Positions 61,995-64,000 of a stretch of 64,000 bases of DNA are shown here, piece by piece. Within the stretch, counting starts at the first letter, position 1. The number at the start of each line of letters is the position of its first letter. The stretch spans positions 113,956,001 to 114,020,000 of the forward strand of contig NC_043002.1 in the NCBI RefSeq assembly GCF_006345805.1, written 5' to 3'. Below the pieces are notes generated by a model that had not been told where the DNA came from, did no database searches, and was given only the letters and a program-made list of their open reading frames with translations. A program made the translations under genes and the position numbers. This DNA comes from Octopus sinensis (taxonomy: Eukaryota).

Positions 61995-62952
61995 ATAAAA
62001 CAGCCATGCTACATGGTAGTGAAACATGGGCCGTGACTGCTGAGGATATGCGTAAGCTTGCAAGAAATGAAGCCAGTATGCTCCGATGAATGTGTAATGT
62101 CAGTGTTCATACCCGACAGAGTGTAAGTGCCTTGAGAGAAAATTTGGACCTAAGAAGCATCAGTTGTGGTGTGCAAGAGAGACGCCTACGCTGGTATGGA
62201 CACGTGGTAAGAATGGATGAAGATAGTTGTGTGAAAAAGTCCCACACTCTAGCGGTTGAGGGAACCTGTGGAAGACGTAGACCCAGGAAAACCTGGGACG
62301 AGGTGGTGAAGCACGACCTTCGCTCTTTAGGTCTCACCGAGGAAATGACCAGAGACAGAGACCTTTGGAAGTATGCTGTGCGTGAGAAGACCTGGCAGGA
62401 TAAGTAAGGCCATAACCCGTGGCCCCTACCTGGGACGGAGTCAGTCCACCTGTGCATACCTTCCTTCTTGGGACACATACCTCTACTTGTGAAGACCTGT
62501 TGAGGCAAGTGAAAATCAAAAAATCAAAAATCAAATCGAAATCAATCAACATCAATGGAATTTGTAGTTGTGATACCAGTGCCGGTGGCACATAAGAGTA
62601 CCATCCGAACGTGGCTGTAGCCAGCACCGCATCGACTGGCCTCCATGCTGGTGGCACATAACAAACACCATCCGATCATGGCCATTGCCAGCCTCGCCTG
62701 GCCTCCGTGCTGGTGGCATGTAAAAAGCACCATCTGAGCATGGCTGTTGCCAGCCTCGCCTGGCCTCCATGCCGGTGACACGTAAAAAGCACCCACTACA
62801 CTCACGGAGTGGTTGGCGTTAGGAAGGGCATCCAGCCGTAGAAACATTGCCAGATCAAACTGAGCCTGGTGCAGCCTACTGGCTTCCCAGACCTCGGTCG
62901 AACCGTCCAACCCATGCTAGCATGGAAAGCGGATGTTAAACGATGATGATGA
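61995..62952 (+). mobile_element. RTE LINE 3' end (ORF2 C-terminus plus complete 3' UTR)
   Basis: AMLHGSETW...RRLRWYGHVVRMDEDSCVKK...GRRRPRKTWDEVVKHDL...*, then a 3' UTR with about 4 repeats of 58 bp and an AAAC(GAT)n tail. Confidence 0.92.
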
Positions 62953-63637
62953 TACACACACACACACGTATATATTTGTGATTTGTGTTGTGTGTCTTTG
63001 TGTTTGTCCCCCATTATTACTTGCCAACTCGTATTAGTTTATCTAAGTCCCCATAACTTAGTGGTTCAGCAAACGAACTCAAGAGAATAAGTACCGGGAT
63101 TAAAAAATAAGTACAGGGTTCAATTTGCTCAACTAAACCCTTCAAAGAGGTGCTCCAGCATGACAGCAGTGCATTGACTGAAACAAAAGAGATATTCAAT
63201 CAGTGAAAACAGAAGGTCTTAGCTAAAGACATTTCTTTCTCTCTATCTATCTATATGTGCGTGTGTGTGTGTGCATATAGGAAGGGTTGGGGCAAAATGA
63301 GGTGATTTTACTGCCTTTTTGAGTTTGAGACAAAATATATTTTTTACAAATGTTCTCTATCTTACAAAAACTGTATCAGCTAAGTAAGTGACCTTTTCTA
63401 AATGCATTAAAAGCATTAAAACATAATCTGATCACTATTTCAGAAAATTATCGCAGTTCTCTTTCAGCATATAAAAGACAAGTTTGACTGGGGCAAAATG
63501 AGTAAACCATGATAGGTAAACTAGCCTTTTCAAATCTTCATCAATATCCATTCCTAGACATCAGAAAGGTTAGAAATGAAAAAAAAATATTAAATATCTA
63601 GAACTATTCCACTAGGCATGGTCTGTAACTCCAACTA

Positions 63638-63676
63638 TAGGCACAGAAGTGGCTGTGTGGTAAGAAGCTTGCTTCC
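63638..63676 (+). mobile_element. Family S SINE head, truncated at GCTTGCTTCC
   Basis: ATAGGCACAGAAGTGGCTGTGTGGTAAGAAGCTTGCTTCC; the expected CAACCACATGG continuation is absent. Confidence 0.8.
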
Positions 63677-64000
63677 AGTTGAACAGTGAGGACGTGAGCT
63701 TTGAGCTCCGTCCTAAAAAGAAAAAAAGAACAAAAACAGAGAAGGTTGTCGAGGTAGGTGATTTCGTTTGTTGTGAGCTGGGCATAATTTATTGCATGCG
63801 AATTATTTTTTCCAGTAAATTGTGCCCAGCTCTGGGACAATTTCGCCTGCTCTCGGCGGCTGCTGTTTTTGTATATTGTGAATTTATTGTGAATTTTTGG
63901 ATTCATTTAAAAAAAAAAAAAGGGGAGGTGGGGCGTATCCTCGCCCAAATAGAACCTGTTACAGTTGCTGTTGCAGTTACCGTTGGCTGTAGCCAGTATT
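63677..64000 (+). mobile_element. 5' UTR of the L1/Tx1-like LINE family seen at 29164-30245
   Basis: Shared blocks in order: GGACGTGAG...GCTCCGTCC, GAGGTAGGTG, GAGCTGGG, CAATT..GCCTGCT.TCGG, GGCTGCTGTTT, GTATC.TCGCCC.AA. Confidence 0.7.

Noticed and set aside
919-63906. The many 60-130 aa ORFs rich in YIYI, THTH or CVCV
   Set aside because: Translations of SINEs and microsatellites; the same peptides recur at every copy.

Overview
AT-rich, repeat-dominated animal genomic DNA. The repeat families look like those of octopus/coleoid cephalopods, but this is inferred from recalled repeat sequences, not from a search. The window appears to lie inside the long introns of one minus-strand protein-coding gene. 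Nine small exons between 34997 and 9169 splice in phase into 176 stop-free codons of a protein I do not recognise. The rest is mostly mobile DNA: more than 25 copies or fragments of one tRNA-derived SINE with an internal microsatellite, other tRNA-SINEs, RTE-clade LINE pieces (one RT carries an inserted PHD finger), a CR1-like 3' end, two 5' ends of an L1/Tx1-like LINE, a Penelope-like GIY-YIG fragment, Tc1/mariner, Sola2-like, piggyBac-type MITEs and Helitron-like elements. A 2.3 kb satellite with a 26-bp unit has expanded inside an RTE 3' UTR. The most striking hidden layer is about 11 minimal type I hammerhead-ribozyme motifs from four Penelope-like repeat families. They include a tRNA-headed (Pol III) SINE with a hammerhead tail and two fold-back palindromes whose hammerheads carry a compensatory U3:A8 core. 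The two L1/Tx1-like 5' ends also both abut the same motif of the SINE head, which suggests SINE-targeted integration. Coordinates were read by eye, and edges of degenerate repeats are approximate.
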